The translations under genes were made by a program, and so were the position numbers. A stretch of DNA of 64,000 bases from Eledone cirrhosa (lineage: Eukaryota), in NCBI GenBank assembly GCA_964016885.1, contig OZ024744.1, positions 64,914,001-64,978,000 of the forward strand, read 5' to 3'. Shown piece by piece: positions 1-12,400 of this stretch (its first letter is position 1; each line of letters starts with the position of its first letter). The notes beneath the pieces were generated by a model. That model was given only the letters and a program-made list of their open reading frames with translations. It made no database searches and was not told the DNA's origin.

Positions 1-280
1 TCCTAAGACTAGACTCAATCTCTTACTCTATTCCATATTTTTAAAATTAAATCCTAGGTTTATTTCACCTGCTTTTTTCAACAGAATTAGTCAGCAATAT
101 AATTTTTTTTTCTTCTCACAACACATAATTTTAATTGATTAAAAATTTCCAACTCACTTTATTAAGTGTGCTTGCACCAACTTTACTAACAATTCTTCAG
201 GCTTAACTGGGTATTTTACCCCTTGTCATTTTTCATAGAAATCAATAGATTTTTTTTGTTTTTTTTGTTTTGTTTTTCAG

Positions 281-440
281 CAATTATTTTTCTGTGACAA
301 CTGACACCTCTCAATTGCAGAACTATCTTCATATTTTGGATTTTAAAATGGAACAGCTTGCTCATGAAATTAACTTGCAAGTGATTGAGCATCCCACTGA
401 CATATACTTTCAATGTAGTTCTCAAGAAGATTCAGCATGA
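281..440 (+). CDS. Candidate host-gene exon (possibly terminal), product unknown
   Basis: A long polypyrimidine tract ending in TTTTTCAG (251-280) is followed by an open frame NYFSVTTDTSQLQNYLHILDFKMEQLAHEINLQVIEHPTDIYFQCSSQEDSA* (TGA 438-440). The sequence is non-repetitive; no homolog recognised. Confidence 0.35.
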
Positions 441-449
441 AGACACAGT

Positions 450-613
450 GCATGACATGGCTGTCCCTTTGTACTTATAAGTACAATTTTTATTTTTATC
501 AGATGAGTGAACTGATGTAATAAATGAGAAATAAAATGTCTTGTTCAAGGACACAATCCATAACCGGGAATCAAATTCACGATCATAAGTTGAACACCCT
601 AACCACTAAGTCC
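450..613 (-). mobile_element. Degenerate tRNA-headed SINE (family 1)
   Basis: Reverse strand has CTTAGTGGTTAGGG (A box), a GAATTTGATTCCC B-box-like motif and a GTGTCCTTGAACAAGACA core, matching the copies at 3957 and 40200. Confidence 0.65.
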
Positions 614-736
614 TTTATGGATTAAAAAATAAAACAACTCTTAGTTTTATCCTACAAAAAACAAACTTATATTGTTAACACAAGAGCATAGTACAGGCAA
701 ATTCAAGGACCCAGTTTTCAGTGACATGGCGGTGCG

Positions 737-835
737 AATAATAATTGTTTCTAATTCATGCACAAGGCCAGCAATTTTTGAGGTGGATGGAAAAGTTGAT
801 TATATTAACTCAGTGCTTGGCTGGCACTTGATCCT
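737..835 (-). mobile_element. SINE family 2, 3' fragment
   Basis: AATAATTGTTTCTAATTCATGCACAAGGCCAGCAATT is the reverse complement of the family 2 tail (AATTGCTGGCCTTGTGCC...AGAAACAATTAT) seen at 9413 and 13722. Confidence 0.6.
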
Positions 836-879
836 ATTATTGTTTATTATAAACTGAGGCTCTGGGCCTGACCAAGGAC

Positions 880-1130
880 ACACGCACGTTATTACTGAAA
901 AGTGGTGGTGCTGGTTCCACAATAAAATACATACAGCCTATTCTATAAAGTGGGAGTGTTGGTGTCATGGTAAAATGCACTCAACCTACTCTGTAAAGTG
1001 GTAGTTCAGGTGCCATGATAAAAAGCAACCAGTTCAGGTGGTAGTGGTGGGTGGCACCATGATGAAATGCATCTGGTATACACAGTGAAGGGGTTGACAT
1101 TACGAAGGGCATCTAGCTACAGAAATCATA
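880..1130 (+). mobile_element. Old RTE-type 3' UTR fragment with internal repeats
   Basis: Repeated CTGTAAAGTGG-type units ending in GAAGGGCATCTAGCTACAGAAA, similar to the RTE 3' UTR at 13290. Confidence 0.55.
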
Positions 1131-2182
1131 TCTAGTTTTAATTAATTTCAAAAATAATCAATAATTTGGAAGGGGTTTTTTTAGCTGGTATTTGGAACAT
1201 AACTTAACATAAAATCTTTGATCAGATGTCGTATTTAAAATATGAACACTTTAAAATTAGAGGATTTATATAATAGGGCTAATTTTAAACAGGTTGTTAT
1301 CAAAAGAATTAAATAAGAATTTGTTGATATTTGCAAAACTAAACTCCTACAAGTACAAAAGTGTATAAAAATTCTCAAACATACCAAAAAACATAATTAA
1401 TCAGCATGATTTCTTTTTACATTTTTTTTTTATCAAATTAAAACCATTGATTCCAGTAGTTACATAAAGTTAACATCTTTCAGGAAGTTTTCAATTTCTG
1501 TGTCACATTTTTAAATGATTGTTGGCACTTTTGAAATGTATTTCCTTTAAGAGTTTTGTAAACAGGAAAAAAATATTTTGTGTCAAATTGGGCAGATACA
1601 GCAGTAGGCTGGTGAGTAAGTGGAATCCTATATTCTTTAAAGAACTTTGGCATGATTGGTGCTCTGATGTAGTAGAGATGTTTAATGAAAAATGTATGAA
1701 CATTTTCAGCTGGGAAAGTTTAGTGCATATTTTCCAGATGAAGACAGGATGGTGGTTCAGGGTTTGAAAGCCAGGTTCAACTTGTCAAAATTAATTAACT
1801 TATATTTTCATCCTTTAAGTTTGATAAAATAAATACCAGTGGTTTATACTGGGGTTAATAGTCAACTTTAATTCTTAGTAGAAGACTCAATTTTCACAAA
1901 ACAAAACTAAGCAGACTTGACAGCTACTGGGTCTTTTAGATTAAAAACATTATTAATTTATTGCCAAGAAATGTATTTTCTAACAAGTAATGCTACTTTG
2001 ATAATTTTTTTCCTCTTTGGTTATTATACAATTTGGTAGAAACCTTAATTGTCAAAAACAGAAAACATCTTTGACAGCTACAGGCTAGAATCTCACTGGG
2101 TGACTTCACAAAATATAGGGAGTGGTGTTGCTTACATCAATCTCTTGATTGAAGAAAGCTGTATGAAAAATATTGGGTCTCT

Positions 2183-2490
2183 TAACCCTTTCATTACCAT
2201 ATTTCTAATGAAAGACGTTGCCTATGTAATTCAAATTATTGTGAAAATAATCAAGAACTTGGAAAGATTTACTAATGTAACTAACTTTCTCATTATTAAG
2301 CTAGGATTTAGAATATAACTTAACAAATGTTCTTACATAAAATTATGATGTAAGGTTTTTCGGTAAATATAAACACATTTAACCCTTTCATTTCTGTATT
2401 TCTAATGAAAAGACTCTGCCTATGTAATTTAAATCATTTGGAAAATAATCAAGAATTTTGAAAGATTTAGTAACTAACTTTATCATTATT
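2183..2490 (+). mobile_element. Two tandem piggyBac-type MITE left ends (family B)
   Basis: Both units start TTAA-CCCTTTCATT (about 2183 and 2379) and share about 110 bp. A reverse-oriented end of the same family ends ...AAAGGGG-TTAA near 16668. Confidence 0.55.
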
Positions 2491-2599
2491 GAATTATTTT
2501 TGCCAGTGTAATCCTTTGTATTCTCATCAACAAGGTTCTCCACAACACAACAAAAAGGTAGCCTTTGTGACTTGGGACCAGCTCAGCTTCCATCCTGTA

Positions 2600-2901
2600 T
2601 GTGACCATCCCCTTCTTCACCCCTGTAGACATCCAGTCCCCCAAAGCAAATGTGATGCCATCCAGTGCGACATGATTTCAGATAGGCTACTGTGCTGGAT
2701 TGATCAGCATTGTCTGGCATGTTTATGTTTGGCCTCCCAACCCTGCAGGGGTGCCTGGCTTAACACAGCATTATCACTTTCAACTGACACTCAGCTGGAC
2801 AGCAACAATTTGTGCATGGGTGTTTCTCAGATCTGTGAGCCTCACAAACGCCTCTGTGGATCCACTGTGAACTCTATCAATCTCCACTCACTGTCATGTC
2901 A
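2600..2901 (+). pseudogene. CRE-like (RLE-type) non-LTR retrotransposon C-terminal fragment
   Basis: Translation LLCWIDQHCLACLCLASQPCRGAWLNTALSLSTDTQLDSNNL...ICEPHKRLCGSTVNSINLHSLSC resembles the GAWL...CxxxHxCxCG...HxLSC segment preceding the RLE domain in CRE-clade elements. Truncated by a MITE at 2902. Confidence 0.55.
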
Positions 2902-3076
2902 TTAACCCTTTAGCATTTCAACCAGCCATATTTGGCCAGAATTTTCTCACCTCTTTCTGTTCATACTGATGTTAAGGTATTGTTCAAAATAAATAACACC
3001 AAAATCTCATAGTTTCAATATTATGTGAGATAATTATGGGAGATAAAGCCTATACCACAAAAATATAATAGTATAT
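2902..3076 (-). mobile_element. piggyBac-type MITE (family A), partial
   Basis: Starts TTAA-CCCTTTAGCATTT; the body is the reverse complement of the MITEs at 42828-43260. Confidence 0.75.
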
Positions 3077-3346
3077 GTCTCTCTCTAGACACTAACTCCA
3101 CCAGTTGCAGACTGCGCATCAATATGAGATATTTTTCTCCACAAAGTTCGATCACCAACAGGATCCCTACTCACTACTGTCGAGGTGGGGCTGGCTACCC
3201 ATAGGAGTGAGTCCAGTAAGTTGGTATTGGTATTGGTATAAGTTTTCTCCATCTTGATATGTTAGTTAGTAGTGGACCAGTGCTGTCAATAATGACAGCA
3301 ATAATGTTGAATGTATTTTATTTTTGAGGCAAGGACTGGTACACTA

Positions 3347-3380
<34 letters not shown>

Positions 3381-3432
3381 AAACAAGAAGTGTAAGTCAA
3401 CAGGTTAAAATTAACTTCCTTTATTCATATTC

Positions 3433-3491
3433 GCTGCAATATATATTTCGGTGATAACCATAATTCAATAGTTATGACCTCATCAGGCAGC
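3433..3491 (-). ncRNA. Type I hammerhead ribozyme motif (HH1)
   Basis: Minus strand reads GCTGC-CTGATGA-GGTCATAACT/ATTGAATTAT/GGTTATCACC-GAAA-TATATA-TT-GCAGC: stem I GCTGC/GCAGC, 10-bp stem II with one mismatch, palindromic stem III, AUU triplet. Confidence 0.8.
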
Positions 3492-3591
3492 TAGAACTTG
3501 AACAGAAAAAAACAGGGAAATATAATGGTAAAATATATATTTTATTTGAATTTGGCAAAGCCGGCCATTTATTGCTCGTATACAGGAAACT

Positions 3592-3702
3592 GACTGACCA
3601 GTCTGCTGATATGCAAATCTGGCTGATCAGTGGATCTGCTAATATGCAGATCTGACTGATCAGCCAGTCTACTAATATGCAAATCAGACCAATCAGTCAC
3701 TG
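3592..3702. repeat. 33-bp tandem repeat, about 3 copies, with ATGCAAAT/ATGCAGAT and CCAAT motifs
   Basis: Units CTGCTGATATGCAAATCTGGCTGATCAGTGGAT, CTGCTAATATGCAGATCTGACTGATCAGCCAGT and CTACTAATATGCAAATCAGACCAATCAGTCACT. Confidence 0.85.
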
Positions 3703-3745
3703 TATATTTTAGAAAATAGCATATATTTTCACTAGCTCTGACAGT

Positions 3746-3825
3746 TTGGCAGGTGAACAGTGAGCTGTACTGATGAAGGGTGATACCCAGAAACATTAGT
3801 GTCTGCCATTCTGTTCGCATGCCAA
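3746..3825 (+). ncRNA. Type I hammerhead ribozyme motif with extended stem I (HH2)
   Basis: TTGGCAGGTGAACAG-tgagct-GTA-CTGATGA-AGGGT/GAT/ACCCA-GAAA-CATTAGTG-TC-TGC-catt-CTGTTCGCATGCCAA. Core at 3770-3776 and 3790-3793, GUC triplet 3801-3803, distal stem I 14 of 15 paired. Confidence 0.8.
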
Positions 3826-3956
3826 CACAAGAGCAAGAATGAAGGGTTCATTCTACTGACATGGCTATACAATTGAGGCTTGTTTGCAAAATTGCAAATG
3901 AATCGAATGTTATTATTAATATTCGAAAAACTCAGATTACATTTATTGTATTCAGC

Positions 3957-4301
3957 CATCATCATCATCATCATTTCATTTTACGTCCACTTTTCCCTGC
4001 TTGCAAGGGTGGGACGGGAACTGATTCTGGCTTGATTTCTACAGCTGGATGCCCTTCCTAACACCAACCTCATTTACAGTGAGTGCTGGGTACTTTTTTG
4101 CCATGGCACCTCCATGACCACTTTGCAGTGAAATGATAGGGACCCCAGTCCCTCTCATCTCATTTCTACAGCTGAGTAAACTGGAGCAATGTGAAATAAA
4201 GTGTCTTGCTCAAGGAAACAACACATCACCCGGTCTGAGAATTGAATTCACAACCTTTCGATTGCAAGGCCAATGCTCTAACCACTAAGCCATGTGCCTC
4301 C
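3957..4301 (-). mobile_element. Full-length tRNA-headed SINE (family 1) with RTE-derived 3' tail
   Basis: A/B boxes, CCTTGAGCAAGACACTTTATTTCAC (V-domain-like) core, TTAGGAAGGGCATCCAGCTGTAGAAA tail and (TGA)n end. Confidence 0.85.
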
Positions 4302-4422
4302 ACATGTAGAGCGAAATTTTCTTTTATATATATATATATATGTTTGTGTGTGATCATATAAACTGGGAAATTGTATTTTGATAAATTCATGGTTTGCTTA
4401 AGGCTTAACAAACATGGTGGCA

Positions 4423-4423
<1 letters not shown>

Positions 4424-4488
<65 letters not shown>

Positions 4489-4730
4489 CTTCTTCTTCTT
4501 CTTCTTCTTCTTCTTCTTCTTCTTCTTCTTCTCATTCACCCACTTATTTCTGCAAGGGTCATGGAGATGAGTCCTCAAGCACTCATTCCAGCAAGTCCTG
4601 TCAAAATTAACCATTTCCCAAACAAGATCAGCTGAGCTCATAGATGCTATCCAACCATCTTGTAAAATCTGACCAGTGATTCTTTTCTGAGACATTCTAA
4701 CCTTATGCCCATAGTATCGGAGTTGTGATC
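4424..4730 (-). mobile_element. Old RTE 3' fragment with (AAG)n/(AAC)n compound microsatellite
   Basis: LRYYGH..RM translation (RTE C-terminal LRWYGH motif); (GTT)n(CTT)n at 4424-4532. Confidence 0.5.
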
Positions 4731-4737
4731 TCACAAT

Positions 4738-4921
4738 TCATACATACATGCATACATGCATACATACATGCATACATACATACATTCATGCATACATACA
4801 TGCATACATACATACATAGGGAAAAAATTTGTGAAATTATAAAACCAGAAGAACATATACATACATACATACATGCATACATACATACATGCATACATAC
4901 ATATATACATACATACGTACA
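4738..4921. repeat. (CATA/CATG)n microsatellite
   Basis: Direct reading. Confidence 0.95.
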
Positions 4922-5229
4922 TGGTGGCTGCCAACTCGTTTTCGAGTACGGCCACTACTTTATATCCATGTAGGAGAACCCCTACCGATGCGCTGAACGA
5001 GTGTGACTTTTTAGTCCAGCCAGCGACTTGAAAACTCTGGCACAAACACTACACTTGTGACAATTATTGACACATAGTGATGGGCCCATGGTACCATGTG
5101 ACGACAAATGCAGAGAGATCTCCAGATATAAAGCAATGCCTGTGCCGTGAAGCTTTTATAGTGAGCAAAGGAACTGCACAAAGCCAGTCCCACTCTCTTA
5201 ACTAAGATGATATTTACCAAAAAGAAGAA

Positions 5230-5492
5230 CAAGTCAACATCATTGGATACCATCAGGGTTGCAGGTGTTATATCAGAGTTTTCCTTCTCCTGGTGATTTT
5301 GGATGGCCATTGACTCTTTAGAGCTCCTTTGCCCTTTGACAGGTTTTGTTTTTAGTCCTGCAGGATGTCCAAAGTCACCCTCCTCACCAAGAAACCTTGG
5401 TGGGGTTGCCAGTTTAGTAGCCAACGACCCGACCATGAGACAGGTTGTACTGGGATACATGTTACCAGTAGCACCAACTGGTGACCTGACAT
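5230..5492 (-). mobile_element. Probable 5' UTR fragment of an RTE/BovB-type LINE
   Basis: Minus strand contains GGCAACCCCACC and CCAGGAGAAGGAAAACTCTGAT, motifs I associate with RTE 5' regions. No in-window copy to confirm. Confidence 0.35.
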
Positions 5493-5493
5493 A

Positions 5494-5835
5494 ACATATA
5501 TACATATATATATACGTACATACATACATACATACATCCATACATACATACATAGACACATACATACATACATACATACATACATACATGCATACATGCA
5601 TACATACATACATACATACATACATCCATACATACATACATAGACACATACATACATACATGCATACATGCATACATGCATACATGCATACATGCATGCA
5701 TACATACATACACGTGTGCCTACATACATACATACATACATACATACACACATACATGCATGCATACGTACATACATACACACATACATACGTACATACA
5801 TACATACATGCATGCATACATATACACAAACATAT
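5494..5835. repeat. (CATA/CATG)n microsatellite
   Basis: Direct reading. Confidence 0.95.
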
Positions 5836-6053
5836 AGACATTGATAATGTTATTAAACACATACATAGACAAGCATATACATATACTCTTTCTCTTATTC
5901 TCTCTTACACAAATTGTTTCATACATACACACACACAAGTTTGTTGGTTATAGGAATTAGGACCATCCCAGATATATTTTGATTGTAAAGAATCCTTTAA
6001 CAATTATTCTGACCCCACCCCCACCACCACCACCACCCTCACAAAAAAACTAC

Positions 6054-6084
<31 letters not shown>

Positions 6085-6413
6085 GAAACCTTGAAGAAAA
6101 TGTTTTGCAGATTTCTTCATAGTTTTAGTTAGTTTACCAGGAGGAATCTAACTAAGGAATCAGTATCCTTCAGCAATTGGAAATGGTAACCTTCAGCAAC
6201 CACCTTATAATCCTAATCAGGAACCACTCGTTAAGAAGGAGGATAATAGTCATGAAAATGAAAGATGGAAAATGGCGTTGGGGGAAGGAGGGGGGGGGGT
6301 GAACAAAAGAAATGGAAAAAAAAATTACTGGCAATATACATCTGATGATTGGAATGATAACTGCCAAGTGGTAGAAATTCCACTGGAAAATATTATTCAT
6401 CATTACCATATGA

Positions 6414-6702
6414 TGTGTGTGAGTGAGTGTGTGTAAGTGTGTGTGTGTGTGTGTAAGTGTGTGTGTAAGTGTGTAAGTGTGTAAGTGTGTGTGTGTGTGT
6501 GTGTGTGTGAGTGTGTAAGTGTGTGTGCATGCACATGTGTGTGTGTGTTCGTGTGTGTGTGTGCATGTACATGTGTGTGTGTGTGTGTGTTCATGTGTGT
6601 GTAAATGTGTTTGTGTGTATGTGAGTGTGTGTGTGTGTGTGCATACGTGTGTGAGGGTATATGTGTGTGCATATGTGTGTGTGTATGTGTGTGAGTGTGT
6701 GT
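6414..6702. repeat. Degenerate (GT)n microsatellite
   Basis: Direct reading. Confidence 0.95.
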
Positions 6703-6904
6703 TTCGTATGTGTCTAGCAATAAGGGAAGTAGAAGGGGAGGGTGCATGGTAAAGTATTTAATTAAGAATCGAAGAGAATACCGCCAACATTTCGGGTTCC
6801 GCCTTCTTCCGAAATTCTTTAAGTTGTCAATATTTCAAATGATGGGAGTTTATGTTTCTATAAACTGAGAAACTAATATTCCTATTATTCATGCCTAAGC
6901 CTAA

Positions 6905-7360
6905 CCTGCTGGATTGGCAGTATCGGTAGAGCATCAGACACCATGCTTTGCAGCATAGAGTTACGGCCCTTTATGGTTAGTTCAAATGCCGCCAAGGTGA
7001 GCTTTGCTTTCATCCTTACGGGGGGGTGGGGGTCGATAAATTAAAGTACCAGTCACGCACTGGGGTTGATTTAATCGACTTTCCCTTCCCCCAAAATTGC
7101 TGGCTTTGTGCCTACATAAGAAACCATTATTTATGCCTCATTTGGTGGATTGGCAGAATCAGTAGAGAGTCAGACACCATGCTTTGCAGCATAGAGTTAC
7201 ACCTCTTTATGTTTAGTTCAAATGCCGCTGAGGTTAACTTTGCCTTTCATCCTTATGGTATCGATAAAATAAAGTACCAGTAATGCACTGGGATAATTGC
7301 TGGCCTTGTGCTGCTAAAAGTGCAGTATCAGTAGAGAGTTGGATACAATGCTTTGACATA
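6905..7360 (+). mobile_element. Tandem SINE family 2 copies (two near-complete plus one head fragment)
   Basis: TTGGCAG..TC.GTAGAG A box, GTTCAAATGCC B box and CTTTGCCTTTCATCCTTA.GG..TCGATAAAATAAAGTACCAG (Deu/Nin-like) core, repeated. Confidence 0.8.
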
Positions 7361-7369
7361 ACGCTTTCT

Positions 7370-8850
<1,481 letters not shown>

Positions 8851-8892
8851 CTATATATATAATATATGTGTGTGTGTGTATATATATATACA

Positions 8893-9303
8893 CAGTAATA
8901 GAGAAGACCCGCCTTACCTAAGTGCAAAGTGAAACCTACTACAGTCAGTAGGGACCTCTAACAAAATACACCCCGTCCCACTACCCCCACCCCATCCACA
9001 CCACCCCTTTCAATGTAAAGTTATGTTGGTACCACAACATCCAGCCTGAAACAAATGAGGTCGTGTAGGTGTCACAACAAAAAAACACAGTCCACGCTGT
9101 AATGTGGCCGTGTAGGTAACACGGTAAAAACCTTCCAGTTCCACACTGTAAATGTGGTTGGTGTTAGGAAGGGCATCCAGCCGTAGAAAACCCGCCAGAC
9201 AGTCCTATGCGAGCAAGACAACCACTCTTGCCTCAAGTGGGAAAACTCCCGTCCAAACCCATGCAAGCGTGGAATATGGACGTTAAACGATGATGATGAT
9301 GAT
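8893..9303 (+). mobile_element. RTE LINE 3' end fragment
   Basis: Matches 13015-13548 without the internal duplication; ends in (GAT)n; sits in (TA)n. Confidence 0.9.
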
Positions 9304-9340
9304 ATATATATATATATATATATTATATTATATATATATA

Positions 9341-9447
9341 ATCCCGCCGAGGTTGACTTTGCCTTTCATCCTTACGGGGTCGATAAAATAAAGTACCAGT
9401 AATGCACTGGGTAATTGCTGGCCTTGTGCCTAAAGTAGAAACAATTA
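9341..9447 (+). mobile_element. SINE family 2, 3' half
   Basis: CCCGCCGAGGTTGACTTTGCCTTTCATCCTTACGGGGTCGATAAAATAAAGTACCAG...AGAAACAATTAT. Confidence 0.85.
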
Positions 9448-9457
9448 TATATATATA

Positions 9458-12400
9458 ATGCCCAATTTTTTCTCGATTCTTCTCTCCATTCGAACCCATT
9501 CATTCAATCACTTCTATGTCCTAATTTCACACTATATCATATTTTCACCATTATATATCATATCTTTTCTCTAAAAATCATATTTTCCCTATCACCGCAT
9601 TTTCTCTATCGTAATTTCTTAAACAAAACAAATCTTGTATTTTCGTTTATTGTTAAATCATGCCCAAAATACGGCGATCTTATCTTAAACCTTACATTCT
9701 CGCTAACAACCCATCATCCCTCCCTCCCGCCCCCACGCACCACCATTATTACGTGGACCAATCATAAGTCAGAGGCCCATACTATCGCTTAACTGGTTGC
9801 TTTTCGATATGATGGATGGACTACGGAATTCTGGAGAGTTGAAGAGAGAAAAATGTGGACGCTCAGCGACAATGCCAAAGATAAAGCCAAATTCACCTCG
9901 TGGACGAGAATGCAAGCACTCCTCCTTGTTTCGGCCCAGGATGGCTAACATAACCCCATCCCCCCCCCGCGCCCCACCGCTCCCACCCTCCAAACGCAAT
10001 CCAAAACTTCAGAGTTGGTACCATGAATGTAGGCACCTTAAAGGGTCGCTCTAACGAGGTTGTAGAAATGCTTGAACGTAAGGAGGTCGATGTTTGTTGT
10101 ATTCAAGAGACCAGGTGGAGGGGAGGGTCGGCTAGATTCATCGTGGGTAAAGAGCGATGCTATAAGCTTTTCTGGGTGGGAAATGACAATGGGTTGGGTG
10201 GGGTAGGAATCATGGTAGCAGAAAAGTGGGCAGATAAGATAATAGACGTAAATAGAGTGAACGACAGAATAATTAAAATAAGACTTGTCCTCAATAAAAC
10301 TACGGTGACAGTAATATCTGCGTACGCACCCCAATCCGGACAGCCCCGCGCTATAAAAGACAGATTCTACGAGACACTGATGCTCGCTACCTCCCAAATA
10401 ACCGACAGTGACTATATAGTTATTGCAGGCGACCTAAATGGTCACGTTGGACAACATTGTGACGGCTATGACGGAATCCATGGAGGCTATGGGTTCGGTA
10501 CTAGAAATGAGGAAGGCTCCAGAATCCTGGAATTCTGCGACGCAAATAACTTAACTATCTGTAACACTAACTTCAAAAAACGAGACAATCACTTGATCAC
10601 CTATAGATCGGGGGAACACACAAGCCAGGTAGATTATATCCTTACCAGAAGACGTGACAGAGTGTCTGTTGTTAACACTAAATCCCACCCCCATGAAGAA
10701 TTCACCTCCCAACATAGACTGATAATTAGCGACCTCATAGTCAGGACGAGACGTACTAGACAGCGAAAGAGGACTATCCTCAGGAGAAAAATATGGAAGC
10801 TAAAGGACCCCATAGCCAGAAATAAATTTCAAAGCAAATTACTTTACGCTTTCGACAGTAAGGAAGAGCAATTAGAGTCGTATAATATAGAGGAACAGTG
10901 GGAATTCCTGAGAGCAAACCTGCTGACGGTGGCAGACGAAGTCTGTGGCTGGAGCAGGCCTGTAGGTAGGAGGAGAGTAACATGGTGGTGGAACAGTAAG
11001 GTGGAGGAGTCAATTAAGGCCAAAAAGCAGGCTTGGAAAGTATGGCGGGATGGGGGAAGTAGAGAAGACTATCAAGTGGCCAGGAGGGAAGCTAGGAGAC
11101 AAGTGTACTTCGCAAGAAGGGAAGCAGAGGAAAGAAAGTTCAAGCATGTTCTACAACGTGAGGACCAAAAACGTGAGGTGTTCAGGATTGCCAGGCAATG
11201 TGTCAAGGAAAACCGTGATATTGTCGGGGAGAAGTGTGTACTTAACGATGATGGCATACTTGCCATCACCGACGCTGATAAGAAGGTAGCTTGGAAGTGT
11301 CACTACGAAAGGCTTCTAAATGAGGAGAACAAATGGGAGAAAGACAGTCTCCCCCAGATCGATCCAATAGAGGGACCAGCAGTGTTAGTTGAAGGTAGTA
11401 TAATAAGTAAGGCAATCAAAGATATGAAGACGGGTAAGGCGGCTGGGCCTTCGGAAATAGTTGCTGAGATGCTGAAGGCATCTGGTTCGGTGGGACACAC
11501 CATGGTCACCCGGATAGTTAACCAAGTCGTACAGAATGGGGTTGTTCCGAAGGAATGGCGTAGCAGCATCATCGTTAACTGCTATAAGGGAAAAGGAGAT
11601 GCCCTAGATAGGAGTAACTATAGAGGCATTAAATTAATCGACCAGGTCATGAAGGTCACGGAAAAAGTAATAGCGCAACTAATCAGAGAGAGAATTGATC
11701 TAGATGAAATGCAGTTCGGGTTTGTGTCAGGCAAAAGTACCACAGACGCTCTTTTCATTGTACGACAACTACAGGAGAAGTACCTAGCTAAAAGTAAACC
11801 CCTATACTTAGCTTTTGTCGACTTGGAGAAAGCCTTCGACAGAGTCCCCCGTTCCATTATCTGGTGGTCTCTTAGAAAACTAGGTGTTGACGAATGGCTT
11901 GTGAGAGCTATACAAGCCATGTATAAAGAAACAGTCAGTAAGGTTAGAATTAACAACGAATATAGTGAAGAGTTTAGCGTAAAAGTTGGTGTCCATCAGG
12001 GCTCTGTACTTAGCCCCCTACTATTTATTATTGCCCTTCAGGCTATAACAGAGGAGTTCAAGACCAGCTGCCCATGAGAACTCCTATACGCAGATGATCT
12101 AACGCTCATAGCTGAATCAATGACCGAACTAGAGAAGAAATTCCAAACGTGGAAGCACGGCCTAGAATCAAAAGGCCTTAAAATTAACCTGGCTAAGACT
12201 AAAGTTCTAGTTTGTAGGAAAGAAAATAAGGCGGCGGTCCCATCGGGGAAATGGCCATGCTCAGTGTGTAGGAAAGGCGTAGGTAGAAACTCCATTTTAT
12301 GTCCCAAATGCAAAGTATGGGTGCATAAAAGATGTAGTGGGATCACAGGTAAGCTAACTAAGAACATAGATTTTACATGTGGCCGGTGCTCTGGTGCAAT

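Noticed and set aside
6338-6410. CTGATGA at 6342 with a downstream GAAA as a possible hammerhead
   Set aside because: GAAA does not directly follow the TTGG/CCAA stem, there is no stem I, and the related copy at about 7883-7948 reads CTGGTCA.
10700-10725. APE motif SDH replaced by SQH in the RTE ORF
   Set aside because: Shared by all three copies and common in RTE-clade endonucleases; not an inactivating or novel change.
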